Source of the DNA: Candidatus Poribacteria bacterium
GTDB taxonomy: Bacteria; Poribacteria; WGA-4E; JAJDTR01
Assembly (NCBI GenBank): GCA_965222225.1
Contig: CBDCTK010000002.1
Coordinates: forward strand, 3,232,001 to 3,296,000
Reading direction: 5' to 3'
DNA length: 64,000 nucleotides
Shown: positions 27,814-39,004 of the stretch, piece after piece
Layout of the letters: each line of letters opens with the position of its first letter
Position numbering within the stretch: the first letter of the stretch is position 1
The notes under the pieces: generated by a model
Seen by the model: only the letters and a program-made list of their open reading frames with translations
Told to the model about the DNA's origin: nothing
Database searches by the model: none
Translations under genes and position numbers: made by a program

Positions 27814-28083
27814 TCCCCAAATAAAGAGTTTTTTCGTAATCTGTAATAGTCAGACAGATGAAAGACGCTCACAGCTGTTTCCTGCTCGGCTTGGATTGCC
27901 AAATCCAAGCCTTTACCGATAAGATTATCAATCCGCGGAGCAGAGCGGTGTGTAAACCATCTCGTTGACTAATGCAAGTTTTTTCGTAATCGTAGTAATC
28001 AGCAACAGAATCGGGAACTGGATAATCCGGACTTCCATTTTTGCCCCGACAATTGGCAGTGAATCCACATTAAAAGCACAAGA

Positions 28084-29481
28084 ATGACTACACAGAGAAT
28101 CCAGACTAAAAACCCTATTCGATTATACCAACCAACCCCGACAGTTGCCCCAGTCATCGGACTGGACATTCTGGCACCTAGACGTGTCTATATCGAAACG
28201 TATGGCTGTCAAATGAATGTAAGTGACAGCGAGTTGATGACAGGCATCTTGACCAGAAGCGGACACCAAATTGCCAATCGAATTGAAGATGCCGATGTCA
28301 TTCTGCTCAACACATGCGCTATCCGGGAAAACGCCGAAACAAAGGTTATCAACCGTCTCAAGCAACTTAGCCACCGAAAGCGGAGACAGGATGACCTGAT
28401 TCTCGGCGTGTGTGGCTGTATGGCTCAGCACCTGCGCACAAAACTGGTAGAAGCTGCGCCATACGTGGATCTCGTGATGGGACCTGATGCTTATCGCGAC
28501 CTGCCGCGGGCGATAAACTCCGTAGCAAATGGCGACCCGTTCATCAACCTAAGACTAGATAAAACCGAGGATTACGCTGACATTGCCCCAATCCGCAAGG
28601 ATGGGCTGCGAGCGTGGTTGACAATTCAGCGAGGCTGCGACAAGATGTGCACCTTCTGTATCGTACCTTTCGTGCGGGGACGTGAACGCAGCATCCCGCT
28701 TCCGATCTTGGTCGACGACGTTAAACGACTTGTGGACGAAGCATTCAAGGAGATTGTCTTACTCGGTCAAACAGTGAACTCCTACAATGACGGAAAACAC
28801 AATTTCGCCGATCTTTTGTTTGCTGTGAGCAATGTCGAAGGAGTCGAGCGAGTACGTTTCACGTCACCTCACCCAAGCGACGCCACCGATGGGATGATTG
28901 ATGCGATGGCAAACTGCGCTCATGTGTGCAAGCACATTCATTTGCCGCTGCAATCAGGATCGACCAAAATCCTCAAGAAGATGCACCGCACCTACACAGC
29001 GGAGGAGTACCGCGCACTTGTCACGACGATGCGAGAGCGTGTTCCAAATCTGGCAATCTCCACGGATGTTATTGTCGGCTTCTGCGGCGAGACAGAGCAA
29101 GATTTCACGGAAACGTGTGATTTAATGCGCGAGATACGATACGACTGGGCGTTCATGTTCAATTACTCGCCCCGAGAAGGAACGCTCGCGCACAGAAGCC
29201 TTAACGACGACGTTAGCGAAGAAGAAAAAGGACGACGGCTGAGAACTGTCATAGAGCTACAGGAGGATATCTCCTACGAGATTAACCAAGAATCGGTCGG
29301 GAAACCCGTAAAGGTATTGGTTGAGGGTGAATCTCGACGGGAATCTGACAAATATCAGGGAAAATCCGACAACTTCAAAACAACGGTGTTCCCAAAGGAA
29401 AATGCTCAGATTGGTGACATTGTGAATGTGACCGTCGAGTCCGCCTCCGCACACACGCTAGTCGGAAGAATCACGATTTGA
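28084..29481 (+). CDS. miaB: tRNA-2-methylthio-N6-dimethylallyladenosine synthase
   Basis: TYGCQMN..DSE, NTCAIRENAE, GCDKMCTFC radical SAM motif, RFTSPHP, TRAM domain. Confidence 0.95.
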   Translation: MTTQRIQTKNPIRLYQPTPTVAPVIGLDILAPRRVYIETYGCQMNVSDSELMTGILTRSGHQIANRIEDADVILLNTCAIRENAETKVINRLKQLSHRKRRQDDLILGVCGCMAQHLRTKLVEAAPYVDLVMGPDAYRDLPRAINSVANGDPFINLRLDKTEDYADIAPIRKDGLRAWLTIQRGCDKMCTFCIVPFVRGRERSIPLPILVDDVKRLVDEAFKEIVLLGQTVNSYNDGKHNFADLLFAVSNVEGVERVRFTSPHPSDATDGMIDAMANCAHVCKHIHLPLQSGSTKILKKMHRTYTAEEYRALVTTMRERVPNLAISTDVIVGFCGETEQDFTETCDLMREIRYDWAFMFNYSPREGTLAHRSLNDDVSEEEKGRRLRTVIELQEDISYEINQESVGKPVKVLVEGESRRESDKYQGKSDNFKTTVFPKENAQIGDIVNVTVESASAHTLVGRITI

Positions 29482-29611
29482 GGCAGTTTCAAGCGGCGCC
29501 GGTCATCCACAGTCTCAAGGCCATTCACTTAAACGGGTTATATGTATCCTTTAGGTCTTCAAGTTCAGCAACGTTAGCAAAAACAACGGGATTTCCACGA
29601 AAGGACTTCTA

Positions 29612-30553
29612 ATGTCTGCGACTGTTGCAATTGTCAAGTGCTCGACCTATTCTCAAGAAATGGTTGACCAAGCCATCTCTAATCTGCTGGAATTTCTCGG
29701 CGGAATCGGAAACTACGTGAAACCGGGAAACCGTGTTCTTCTAAAACCGAACCTTCTCGGGGCCTCTCACGCCGATGATCCGACAGCCACTCATCACACC
29801 GTGATGCACTCGCTAATTCGCCAAATACAGTCTGTCGGTGGAAAACCGTTTATTGGCGATTCGCCGGCATTTGGAAACGTAACAACAGTTGCGAGACAAT
29901 CGGGACTCATGAAGGTCGCCGAGGAGTTAGGCGTGCTGATCACCGATTGGACCGGCGGAGTGCGAGTGCCTGCCCCGAAATCCTACAGTCTACGAACTTA
30001 TAAGTTGGGGCGCGAGGTCGTAGAGGCGGATGTCGTGATTAACGTGCCAAAACTGAAAGTGCACCAGCAGATGCAACTGACCGCGGCAATCAAGAATAAC
30101 TTTGGTTGCGTACCCGGCAAGCGGAAAGCGCGTCTCCATTTCTCCCGTGGGCAGGACCGCGTCACATTTGGAAAGATGCTAATCGAATACTGCCAACTGA
30201 TTAAGCCTACGCTCACAGTTGTCGACGCAATCACTGCGATGGATAAAATGGGACCGCGTTACGGAAATCCCTATCCGCTCGGCATTTTGACTGCCGGGGT
30301 GGATGTAGTTGCATTGGACCGCGTGCATGCGGAAATAATCGGTCTACCAAATACGCAGTTCGATTTGATGAACGCTGCACGAGAACTCGGTGTCGGCGAA
30401 ACCGACTTGAAGAAGATTGAGATTCTAGGCGATCCTCTTTCGGAGGTGCAAGTGTCTGATTTCCAATTCCCGGGCCCGGTGCCGGTGAATTTCTCGCCGC
30501 TTCGAATTGCCAAGAGTACGCTCAAGCATCTTTGGGCAAAGCGTGTTGCCTAA
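29612..30553 (+). CDS. DUF362 family protein
   Basis: VLLKPNLL, IGDSP, ADVVINVPKLKVH, AIKNNFGCVPG. Confidence 0.85.
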   Translation: MSATVAIVKCSTYSQEMVDQAISNLLEFLGGIGNYVKPGNRVLLKPNLLGASHADDPTATHHTVMHSLIRQIQSVGGKPFIGDSPAFGNVTTVARQSGLMKVAEELGVLITDWTGGVRVPAPKSYSLRTYKLGREVVEADVVINVPKLKVHQQMQLTAAIKNNFGCVPGKRKARLHFSRGQDRVTFGKMLIEYCQLIKPTLTVVDAITAMDKMGPRYGNPYPLGILTAGVDVVALDRVHAEIIGLPNTQFDLMNAARELGVGETDLKKIEILGDPLSEVQVSDFQFPGPVPVNFSPLRIAKSTLKHLWAKRVA

Positions 30554-30613
30554 CTTCGGACCGTGAGATGGCTGATGGTGAGGAGAAAATAAACAAATTC
30601 TCGGGGAAATTTG

Positions 30614-31405
30614 ATGTCAAAAATTAGAATCAAATCTCGACCTGAAATCGAAGCCATGCGACGTAGCGGTAGAGCAGCGTCCATTTTGTTACAAAGAATT
30701 GGAGAGGGTGTAGCGCCCGGTGTTTCAACCTACGAATTAGACCAAATTTCACGCACGACCATTGAAGAACTCGGTGGAATGTCATCATTTCTAGGCTACC
30801 AGCTTCCCGAACACGCCCCATATCCGGCAACGATTTGCGCCTCGATTAACGAAGAGATTATCCATGGCATTCCAAGCAAAGAGGTTATCCTGAAGGAAGG
30901 TGACATTATTGGTATTGATACCGCAATTTTTCTCGGCGGTTTCCATGGTGACAACGCTTTTACCTTTAAGGTAGGAGAAATTTCCAAAGATGCGCGAAAA
31001 TTGCTTGATGTGACCAAAGATTCGCTTTACGCCTCTATTAATGAGGCAAAACCGGGCAACCGATTGGGCGATGTATGCTACGCCGTGCAGGAATGTGTTG
31101 AAGCGCACGGATTCTCCGTCGCTCGAGATTTCGTTGGCCATGGAATCGGGCGCAGTATGCACGAATCTCCACAGGTGCCAAACTTTGGTGAACCCGGCAA
31201 GGGCATTCGGCTGAAACCCGGGATGGTACTTGCAATTGAGCCAATGGTGAACGCAGGGAGTTATGAGGCGGCCGTCCGTGAGGATGGGTGGACCACTGTT
31301 ACTGCGGACTCGAGTTTGTCCGCACACTTTGAACACACGGTAGCCATTCTCTCTGATGGACCGGAAATCTTGACTTACAATCCGGAACTTTGGGAAAGAG
31401 TCTAG
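30614..31405 (+). CDS. map: Methionine aminopeptidase type I
   Basis: CASINEEIIHGIP, GFHGDNA, GHGIGRSMHE.PQV, AIEPM, SAHFEHT. Confidence 0.96.
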   Translation: MSKIRIKSRPEIEAMRRSGRAASILLQRIGEGVAPGVSTYELDQISRTTIEELGGMSSFLGYQLPEHAPYPATICASINEEIIHGIPSKEVILKEGDIIGIDTAIFLGGFHGDNAFTFKVGEISKDARKLLDVTKDSLYASINEAKPGNRLGDVCYAVQECVEAHGFSVARDFVGHGIGRSMHESPQVPNFGEPGKGIRLKPGMVLAIEPMVNAGSYEAAVREDGWTTVTADSSLSAHFEHTVAILSDGPEILTYNPELWERV

Positions 31406-31413
31406 GCAAAAAA

Positions 31414-32079
31414 ATGAAGCTATCTCAAGCTCTCGGGGTAATTGCGACAGCGTTTCTGTTTTTGGCGATTTATCTCGTATTTAGCTATGCGCCAATCGAG
31501 AAGACCATGCTTGAAGTTCAAAAGATCTTCTATTTTCACGTTTCTTCTGCGTTCACCGTCTTCCTTGCTTTTGGCGTGACGTGTCTGTTCAGCCTCCTCT
31601 ATTTGATTAAACGAAATGACAAATATGACATGGTCGCTGCCGCATCCGCGGAGCTTGGAATTGTTTTCTGCACGATCGTGCTGCTCACGGGACCGATATG
31701 GGCGAAACCTGCATGGAATACGTGGTGGAACTGGGAACCGAGACTAACAAGCACGCTCATTCTCTGGCTGATGTATAGCGGCTACTTTATCTTGAGATCT
31801 GCGCTGACGGGGGAGAAGAAAAGAGTTTATGCCGCCGTATTGGGTATTCTCGCCTACTTGGATGTCCCGATTGTGTATTTCTCGGTGGAAGTCTGGCAAG
31901 GCAACCTGCACCCGGACACTAGCACGAAGATGAATCTACATCCGATGATGATCAAAACATGGATGTTGACTTGGCTTGCTTTAACGGTGGTCTATGTCTT
32001 TGTGCTCATGCTGCGATACGAAATGGAACGACTGAAAGCGCGCTTAGAAATTATCCAGTATCAGCAAATAGGTGAATGA
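31414..32079 (+). CDS. ccmC: Cytochrome c biogenesis heme exporter CcmC (WWD family)
   Basis: KIFYFHV, TGPIWAKPAWNTWWNWEPRLT, LHP. Confidence 0.85.
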   Translation: MKLSQALGVIATAFLFLAIYLVFSYAPIEKTMLEVQKIFYFHVSSAFTVFLAFGVTCLFSLLYLIKRNDKYDMVAAASAELGIVFCTIVLLTGPIWAKPAWNTWWNWEPRLTSTLILWLMYSGYFILRSALTGEKKRVYAAVLGILAYLDVPIVYFSVEVWQGNLHPDTSTKMNLHPMMIKTWMLTWLALTVVYVFVLMLRYEMERLKARLEIIQYQQIGE

Positions 32080-32140
32080 TTGTTACCTTTGGATGTCACG
32101 GAATGAAAGCCCTCTCGAAAAGGTGGGTTGGAGGAATTGA

Positions 32141-32500
32141 ATGGACAAAGGAGCGCCGTTAATCGTTGGAGTCATTTTCCTTATCTTTTTCGGTGTATTT
32201 CTCGGCAGTCAAGTTCCGATTACAATTACACAGGATGAAGTTCTCGCGTCAGTTGCCGATGCTATTGCCGAGATGCACGCCCAAGTGGACGAAACAGAAG
32301 TTGGACAGGTAGTAAGCAAATCAATAGAGATGTTGGAAGAACGTCAGAAACGTCGCCTGAAATTTCTGATTTCTGCCTATTTTATGATTTGGCTAGTGTT
32401 TAGCCTCTACGTACTCAGGATTGCCCGGGCCCAATCTCAGTTGCGGCAGCGTTTGGAGCAACTAGAATCTCACGCAAAACGATCGGACGACAGCAGTTAA
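32141..32500 (+). CDS. Membrane protein with C-terminal CcmD-like segment
   Basis: Follows ccmC; FLISAYFMIWLVFSLYVLRIARAQSQLRQRLEQLE resembles CcmD (TM helix plus coiled coil). Confidence 0.55.
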   Translation: MDKGAPLIVGVIFLIFFGVFLGSQVPITITQDEVLASVADAIAEMHAQVDETEVGQVVSKSIEMLEERQKRRLKFLISAYFMIWLVFSLYVLRIARAQSQLRQRLEQLESHAKRSDDSS

Positions 32501-32562
32501 TGCTGCAAAACCCGCCTTCAACAACTCTCAAAAACATCCCCTCACCTCAAGCAGGCATGTAG

Positions 32563-32658
32563 GATTAAATGGGCGGATAGTTCAAGCGATTGAATAAGGA
32601 TCGACTGGGCGAATAACGAATGTTCGAATGAACGGACAGTGAGTGCGATAGAGCTCCC
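32563..32658 (+). mobile_element. Three stacked 5' fragments plus one full degenerate 37-nt element
   Basis: GATTAAATGGGCGGATA / GTTCAAGCGATTGAATAAG / GATCGACTGGGCGAATAACGAAT / GTTCGAATGAACGGACAGTGAGTGCGATAGAGCTCCC. Confidence 0.6.
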
Positions 32659-33071
32659 ACCAAGATTCCCGCCAGTTTGTGGGTGCCTACCTATAACATC
32701 GCCACCCGGTTGCACCGACAAAACTGTCAACTTCCGCCGTAATAGCGACGCATCCCATCCGTACACCTGTTACCCCGTTACCTTAGGCATATTTCCAAAA
32801 TAATCTCGGAGCCTGATGGTGTCTACCTTTGCTCGAATTGGCTTGGGAACCATGTCAATCGTCAGAACTCCGATGCCGACTGAATTCTGTCCATTACATT
32901 GAGTTTATTAGGAAAGATGTCTCTTCTTTGAGGACACTCAAGAGACAAGAACAGGATTAGGAAAAAATTCTCTTTGAATCCTAGCAAACATCAAAACATT
33001 CGTGTTTATTGGCAGTAGGCAACGGTTAGTCAAGCCCACTATACCTCGTCGCTGAGGGTTGCCTCCGTCTT

Positions 33072-33146
33072 GCGCTCCAGCGGAGTGCTATGTTTGTAGC
33101 AAGATTGTGTCGCCTTCTCCCGCTCCAGCGGAGCGGAATGTGGATA
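33072..33146. repeat. Doublet of the GCTCCAGCGGAGC palindromic repeat
   Basis: Two units; related to repeats at 1483-1735 and 62677-62753. Confidence 0.5.
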
Positions 33147-33386
33147 CCCATGGCGATTTAGAGACAACAGGACACCCCTCGCTAATGGATTAATAGGAAC
33201 GAGGCGTATATTTGCGCCAATGTATGGGCGCTTAAGCCAAGAATTCGGCTTCTCTAGATTAAATTACCGGAGGATTGTTGAAAGGAAAAAAGCGGTAGGA
33301 GGGATGGAACGTAGCACATATCTTCCGACAGGAAATTCAGCGTAGCCCGCCTGTCGGGAAGATACGTGCTACCGTCGTTCATCAAG

Positions 33387-33860
<474 letters not shown>

Positions 33861-33938
33861 CTAACATGTGGCAGAACTGTGAAGGGCTGAACTTTAACTT
33901 TCGCGCATCTTCCTACGGCACACGATACGACACAATGG

Positions 33939-35330
33939 CTACAGATTGTAACCTCGTTCATCATGCAGTACGAGGTCTAACCCTTCTCTCTCCTCATCGG
34001 GCTCAACACGCAGACCGATAGTTGCGTCTAGAATCTTAAGAATGATAAAAGAGAGTATGCCACTCCAGACAATAGTGATAACAACGCTGAGGAGTTGCCT
34101 GAAAAACTGACCGCCAACGCCGAAATCTGTTCCTACGCCACCTAAGCCCTTCACTACGAAAACTCCGGTTAAGAGCGCACCGACTATACCACCGATACCG
34201 TGCACGCCGAAGGCATCCAGTGAATCGTCATAACCGAGTTTCTGCTTGAGACTCGTCGCTCCCCAGAAGCAGATGAGACCGGACGCAATACCGATAACCA
34301 AAGCCCCCATTGGGCCGACATAACCTGACGCTGGGGTAATGGCAACAAGTCCAGCTACAGCCCCCGTCACAATACCTAACACGCTCGGTTTACCGTGTTT
34401 CAGCCACTCGGTAAACATCCAGACAATCGCAGCGGTTCCGGTGGAAATCTGGGTCACAAGCATTGCCATTCCTGCGGCGCCATCCGCCGCCAGAGCGCTT
34501 CCCGCGTTAAAGCCAAACCATCCGACCCAAAGCATAGACGCTCCGGCTACAGTCAGTGTTAAACTGTGTGGAGGCATGGGCACCGTAGGATAACCGATTC
34601 GCTTGCCAATCACGATGGCCGCAACGAGCGCGGCGACTCCTGCGTTGATGTGCACCACTGTACCGCCCGCAAAATCAAGTCCGCCAATGATATTCCCAAA
34701 GAGTGAGCCATCACCCGCCCATGCCATGTGGCAGATGGGCGCATACACAATCAGAGACCAAATGCCGGAGAACCAGAGCATTGCCGAGAATTTCATACGC
34801 TCTGCAAAGGCACCCGCTATGAGCGCCGGGGTGATAATCGCAAACGTTAGCTGGAACGTAAGAAATACCGTCTCCGGAATTGTACCGTGGGCGCTATCTA
34901 TGTCTACACCCCTAAGGAACACCTTGCCCAGTCCCCCTATGAACGAATTAAGATTCAGGGTATCTGCATTCATACCTGTCGTATCAAAGGCAAGACTATA
35001 TCCAAGCAAGACCCACAGAATTGTGATTAATCCTGTGAGCGCGAAGCATTGCATCAACACGGATAACACATTGGTCCTTCGGACTAGACCACCGTAGAAC
35101 AGCGCCAAACCCGGAATGGTCATGAACAGAACCAGTGCTGTCGCGGTAAGTAACCACGCGGTGTCGCCGGAGTTAATTGTGGCGGTTTCCTCAGCGAGCG
35201 CAAGCCCGGGTGCCAAAAAACCAACCAACGGTACTATTGCCCATAAAACGTATCTCCGTGGACTACTATCTAAAAACCCAAGCCTCTCACGGCTGCGTTG
35301 ATCGCATTCTGAAATATTGTGCTTTTGCAT
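33939..35330 (-). CDS. amtB: Ammonium transporter
   Basis: GDTAW, PGLALFYGG, DFAGGTVVHINAG, WVGWFGFNAGS, DDSLDAFGVHG. Confidence 0.95.
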   Translation of the reverse strand: MQKHNISECDQRSRERLGFLDSSPRRYVLWAIVPLVGFLAPGLALAEETATINSGDTAWLLTATALVLFMTIPGLALFYGGLVRRTNVLSVLMQCFALTGLITILWVLLGYSLAFDTTGMNADTLNLNSFIGGLGKVFLRGVDIDSAHGTIPETVFLTFQLTFAIITPALIAGAFAERMKFSAMLWFSGIWSLIVYAPICHMAWAGDGSLFGNIIGGLDFAGGTVVHINAGVAALVAAIVIGKRIGYPTVPMPPHSLTLTVAGASMLWVGWFGFNAGSALAADGAAGMAMLVTQISTGTAAIVWMFTEWLKHGKPSVLGIVTGAVAGLVAITPASGYVGPMGALVIGIASGLICFWGATSLKQKLGYDDSLDAFGVHGIGGIVGALLTGVFVVKGLGGVGTDFGVGGQFFRQLLSVVITIVWSGILSFIILKILDATIGLRVEPDEEREGLDLVLHDERGYNL

Positions 35331-35543
35331 ATTAACCCCCCTTTTGACGGTGTATGGTGAGAACAAGCTGCTTTCCCCATTCTAGCACAATACGAATATC
35401 TGATCAAGCATAAAACACGTTTCACCAGTGTAAGCGCTTGACACGGAATATATCAAGCTTGAGAAAGACAACACGCAGGATTTCGCGAGGACAACAGGAG
35501 CATCAGCCGCAATAGTGATTTCTTGCGACTTGATGCTTGTTGT

Positions 35544-36914
35544 CTAGCGAATTGAGGATACTGTGAAGTCTGGATACGCGCTGGCACCGTGCTCGCCGTA
35601 ATCCAATCCTTCAAGCTCTTCCTCTCTGCTGACACGCAGTCCAACAAGTGCTTTGATGAGCTTGAACAAGATTAAGCCTATAATCATGCACCATGCGAAA
35701 ACGGCGATAACACCGACAAACTGGGCACCAAGAAACTTGAAGGCAGCTCCTTTGTCTGCTGCAAAGAAAATCCCTTGTTCTTGATGGAAAAAGCCGAGTA
35801 AGAGCGTGCCAAGCGCACCGCATGTGCCGTGCACGGAGATAGCGCCAACAGGATCGTCAATTTTAATTCGCTCAAAGAGCAATACCGAGAACACGACCAC
35901 GACCCCTCCGAGCAAGCCGATAATCAGCGCTGATCCTGGAGTAACGTATGCACAGGGTGCAGTAATTGCTACCAGTCCTGCGAGCGCCCCATTGAGCGCC
36001 ATTCCCGCATCCGGTTTGCCTAGCATTAACCATGCCGTAACCATCGCCGCGATAGCACCCCCTGCCGCAGCGATATTTGTCGTCACCGCAATTAAAGAGA
36101 TGTCTGGCGCATCGGCTCCCATCTGGCTTCCTGGGTTGAATCCGAACCATCCAAGCCACAGGATAAACACACCAAGTGCCGCCAAAGGGAGATTATGCCC
36201 TGGAATCGGTCGAGGGTTCCCATTGGCATCGTATTTTCCGACGCGCGCACCCAAGACAATAGCGCCTGCCAAAGCAAGCCATCCTCCTGTCGAATGCACC
36301 ACCGTCGAACCCGCAAAATCCCGCATTCCGAGACCCGATAGCCATCCGCCACCCCAGATCCAGTGTCCGACAACCGGGTAGATAAAGCCGGTAATGAAAA
36401 TCGTATAAATGAGATAACTCTTGAACCGAGTGCGCTCAGCCATCGCACCGGAAACAATCGTTGCTGCTGTCGCCGCAAAGACGAGTTGGAATAACCACGC
36501 AGCGTGCGTAGGAACGGAACTCCATTCCAGTGATGCGAAGGCTTTCGATTCTGCTGGAACAAACCAGCCGCTTAATCCGAGGAACCAATTTCCGTTACCA
36601 AACATGACTGCGAACCCGACTGCCCAAAAGGCGACAGAACCTATTGAGAAATCCATAAGGTTCTTCATCAAGATGTTGACGGCATTCTTGGCACGGGTGA
36701 ATCCGGATTCCACCATGGCGAAACCCGCCTGCATAAAGAACACAAGAAAAGCGGCGAGAAGCACCCAGACGGTGTCAGCCATATATTTTGCGGCGGACAC
36801 CTCCTTACCTTCTACTGATCCGTTTAGGGCAAATACCTCTGTACTCATAAACAGGGTAAGGATCAAGATGGTCGCCAGAACACCCGAAACGCCGAGGTAT
36901 GTCCTTTTCATCAA
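35544..36914 (-). CDS. amt: Ammonium transporter (second paralog)
   Basis: FFMQAGFAMVESG, DFAGSTVVH, WLGWFGFNPGS, DDPVGAISVHG. Confidence 0.95.
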   Translation of the reverse strand: MMKRTYLGVSGVLATILILTLFMSTEVFALNGSVEGKEVSAAKYMADTVWVLLAAFLVFFMQAGFAMVESGFTRAKNAVNILMKNLMDFSIGSVAFWAVGFAVMFGNGNWFLGLSGWFVPAESKAFASLEWSSVPTHAAWLFQLVFAATAATIVSGAMAERTRFKSYLIYTIFITGFIYPVVGHWIWGGGWLSGLGMRDFAGSTVVHSTGGWLALAGAIVLGARVGKYDANGNPRPIPGHNLPLAALGVFILWLGWFGFNPGSQMGADAPDISLIAVTTNIAAAGGAIAAMVTAWLMLGKPDAGMALNGALAGLVAITAPCAYVTPGSALIIGLLGGVVVVFSVLLFERIKIDDPVGAISVHGTCGALGTLLLGFFHQEQGIFFAADKGAAFKFLGAQFVGVIAVFAWCMIIGLILFKLIKALVGLRVSREEELEGLDYGEHGASAYPDFTVSSIR

Positions 36915-37348
36915 ACATTCTCCTTCTAATAGCGGTACAGTTAATTTTAGTGAGTTATCGAATAGCTCGGTACAAAGGGAATTCGACGACCAATGAAGAT
37001 TCCCAAAACCAAGAGCTACGCGATGCGGTTCTTGCGAGTCCAGATAACAGAGAATACCGCAATATTGGGAGTGTCATCGCCTCCCCAAATGACGGTTCAG
37101 ATTATCGGGAGTTCTGAATGTGCGGACAAAAACGAGATGCCCAACTTAGGCGCCCATCCACCTATTTCTCACTCATCGCAAGTTTCCAATTTCGATGCAC
37201 ACAAATGGTGGTTGAGCACCACTCCGCAATTCGCCAAAGCAGCCATCTCTCTGACGGTCAAATACATAATAGAATCTTAATTGTGATTCGCTCCTCACCA
37301 TGATATAATGGCAATTAGCCAACCAACCTCTATGATGCTTCCTCTTGG

Positions 37349-37363
37349 GCAAATTGTGTGCCA
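37349..37363 (-). promoter_or_regulatory. Candidate sigma54 (-24/-12) promoter upstream of amt-amtB-glnK
   Basis: Reverse strand reads TGGCAC-ACAAT-TTGC. Confidence 0.45.
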
Positions 37364-37481
37364 TATCAGACATTACATTTTTGAATTATCCTGCATCCCG
37401 CAAATGACGCCACGTAAAGACAGTTCTCACTAGCAGAGTTCACAAGAGATAGCGCTGCTTTCTTTTCGATTTTGAAGACAA

Positions 37482-38996
37482 ATGCTGAAATATTCATCAA
37501 TAAAGTGCTCAATAAATGAGCGATATCCTGATTCTTCAAGACTCCGCACTCAATACCTCCTTGCAGCAATTATAATTGTCGGAGCGATACTTCGTTTCTG
37601 GAATTTGGGGGCGTGGAGTTTGTGGATGGACGAGGTTTTGACGGTGCTTCATGCAAAACAACTTTCGATTGACAGCTTGGGTATAAATCCGCTTCCGTAC
37701 TTTGCTGTCAAACTGTCGCTGTCGGCTTGGGGACTGGACGAATGGGGAGCACGCTTCATTCCGTGTATCGTCGGTATTGTGTCAATCCCGCTAATATTCT
37801 TTATGGGACGGTCATTGGTCAATACGCGTGTTGGAATATTCGCGGCTGGCTTTATTGCGCTTTCAAACTGGCATCTATACTGGTCCCAGAATTCGCGCGG
37901 CTACAGCTTCACGTTTCTATTCGGAATGCTGACAGCATGGAGTTTCTATCGTGCCATACAACATGACCGTCCCTTAATGATGATTGGTTCGCTCTTCTCG
38001 GCAATCTGCTTAATCCTCTCCCACACGCTTTCTATATTCATCCTACCCGCTCTTGCGGGATATGTAGCGAGTTTCTGGCTGGCAGACGTGTTTCCGCGCG
38101 CGCGGGGAATGTCCGCCCAAGCTCAGGAAAGGCAACATTCACTACTCCCATCTGGTGAAAACAGCACTGGACGCCCCGCGGGCATTCGGTGCCGCAACCT
38201 GCTAATCTTTTTTCTTCCGTTCACAATTCCGCTTTTTGTGTTAATCCTGCCAGAATTCCGCAACTGGCTAGTCTCGGGCTGGGGATTGAATGAATGGCGG
38301 CGCAGCCCAATCTATATCATCTTTACCCTTGTGTACGGTTTGAGCGTGCCAGTTGCCGTAACCGCTCTTTTTGCGCTATTCGCCAAGCCGATGGAAAACT
38401 CGGTTCGGTTCTTGGCTTGCTATGCGGGTATGCCGCTTATTCTGTTTCTGATTGCATCTCGCTTACAGAACGTTGCCGGCTACTATCTGTTTTATACAAC
38501 TCCCGCGTACTTCTTGCTCTGCGCTATCGGTTGCGATCGGGTTTCGAGAGTAAAATCGCTTCCTATAGTCGTCCGCGCTGTTCTGCCTTGCGTCATCATT
38601 GTCACAATGCTCTCCCAGAACTATCTGTACTTCAATGTCGAAAACGGGGGTAGACCCAAGTGGCGCGAGGCGTTCTCAACCATCCGATCAGAGATGAATG
38701 ATAACGATCTAGTGGTTATCTCTCTCCCGGAAATGAGTCGGCACTATTTGCCTGAACTCAAGTCAACCGCGATCAAAGAGGTATTGGACAACAGGCTGGA
38801 ATTAGAAAAGCAGTGGAAGTCGGAACGTACGCGGGTATGGTTTGTGATTGATGCGGGAACTTTCGATGTCTTTGATTCGGAGGGAAAATTTCGACAGTGG
38901 GTACGCGGGAGGGCAAGACTTTCCCAGACCTTTCCTGTTTTTGCCAGGACAAAAAATCGGACAATCAACCTCTATCTGTGGGATACAACGGAGTGA
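37482..38996 (+). CDS. GT-C fold glycosyltransferase (GT39/ArnT-like)
   Basis: LRFWNLG..SLWMDE, EWGARF, WHLYWSQNSRGYS, many TM helices. Confidence 0.8.
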   Translation: MLKYSSIKCSINERYPDSSRLRTQYLLAAIIIVGAILRFWNLGAWSLWMDEVLTVLHAKQLSIDSLGINPLPYFAVKLSLSAWGLDEWGARFIPCIVGIVSIPLIFFMGRSLVNTRVGIFAAGFIALSNWHLYWSQNSRGYSFTFLFGMLTAWSFYRAIQHDRPLMMIGSLFSAICLILSHTLSIFILPALAGYVASFWLADVFPRARGMSAQAQERQHSLLPSGENSTGRPAGIRCRNLLIFFLPFTIPLFVLILPEFRNWLVSGWGLNEWRRSPIYIIFTLVYGLSVPVAVTALFALFAKPMENSVRFLACYAGMPLILFLIASRLQNVAGYYLFYTTPAYFLLCAIGCDRVSRVKSLPIVVRAVLPCVIIVTMLSQNYLYFNVENGGRPKWREAFSTIRSEMNDNDLVVISLPEMSRHYLPELKSTAIKEVLDNRLELEKQWKSERTRVWFVIDAGTFDVFDSEGKFRQWVRGRARLSQTFPVFARTKNRTINLYLWDTTE

Positions 38997-39004
38997 GAGA
39001 GGGG

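Noticed and set aside
32660-33380. Possible gene or ncRNA in the long spacer between the ccmD-like gene and glnK
   Set aside because: Only short ORFs without recognisable features plus repeat remnants; no RNA family I can identify.
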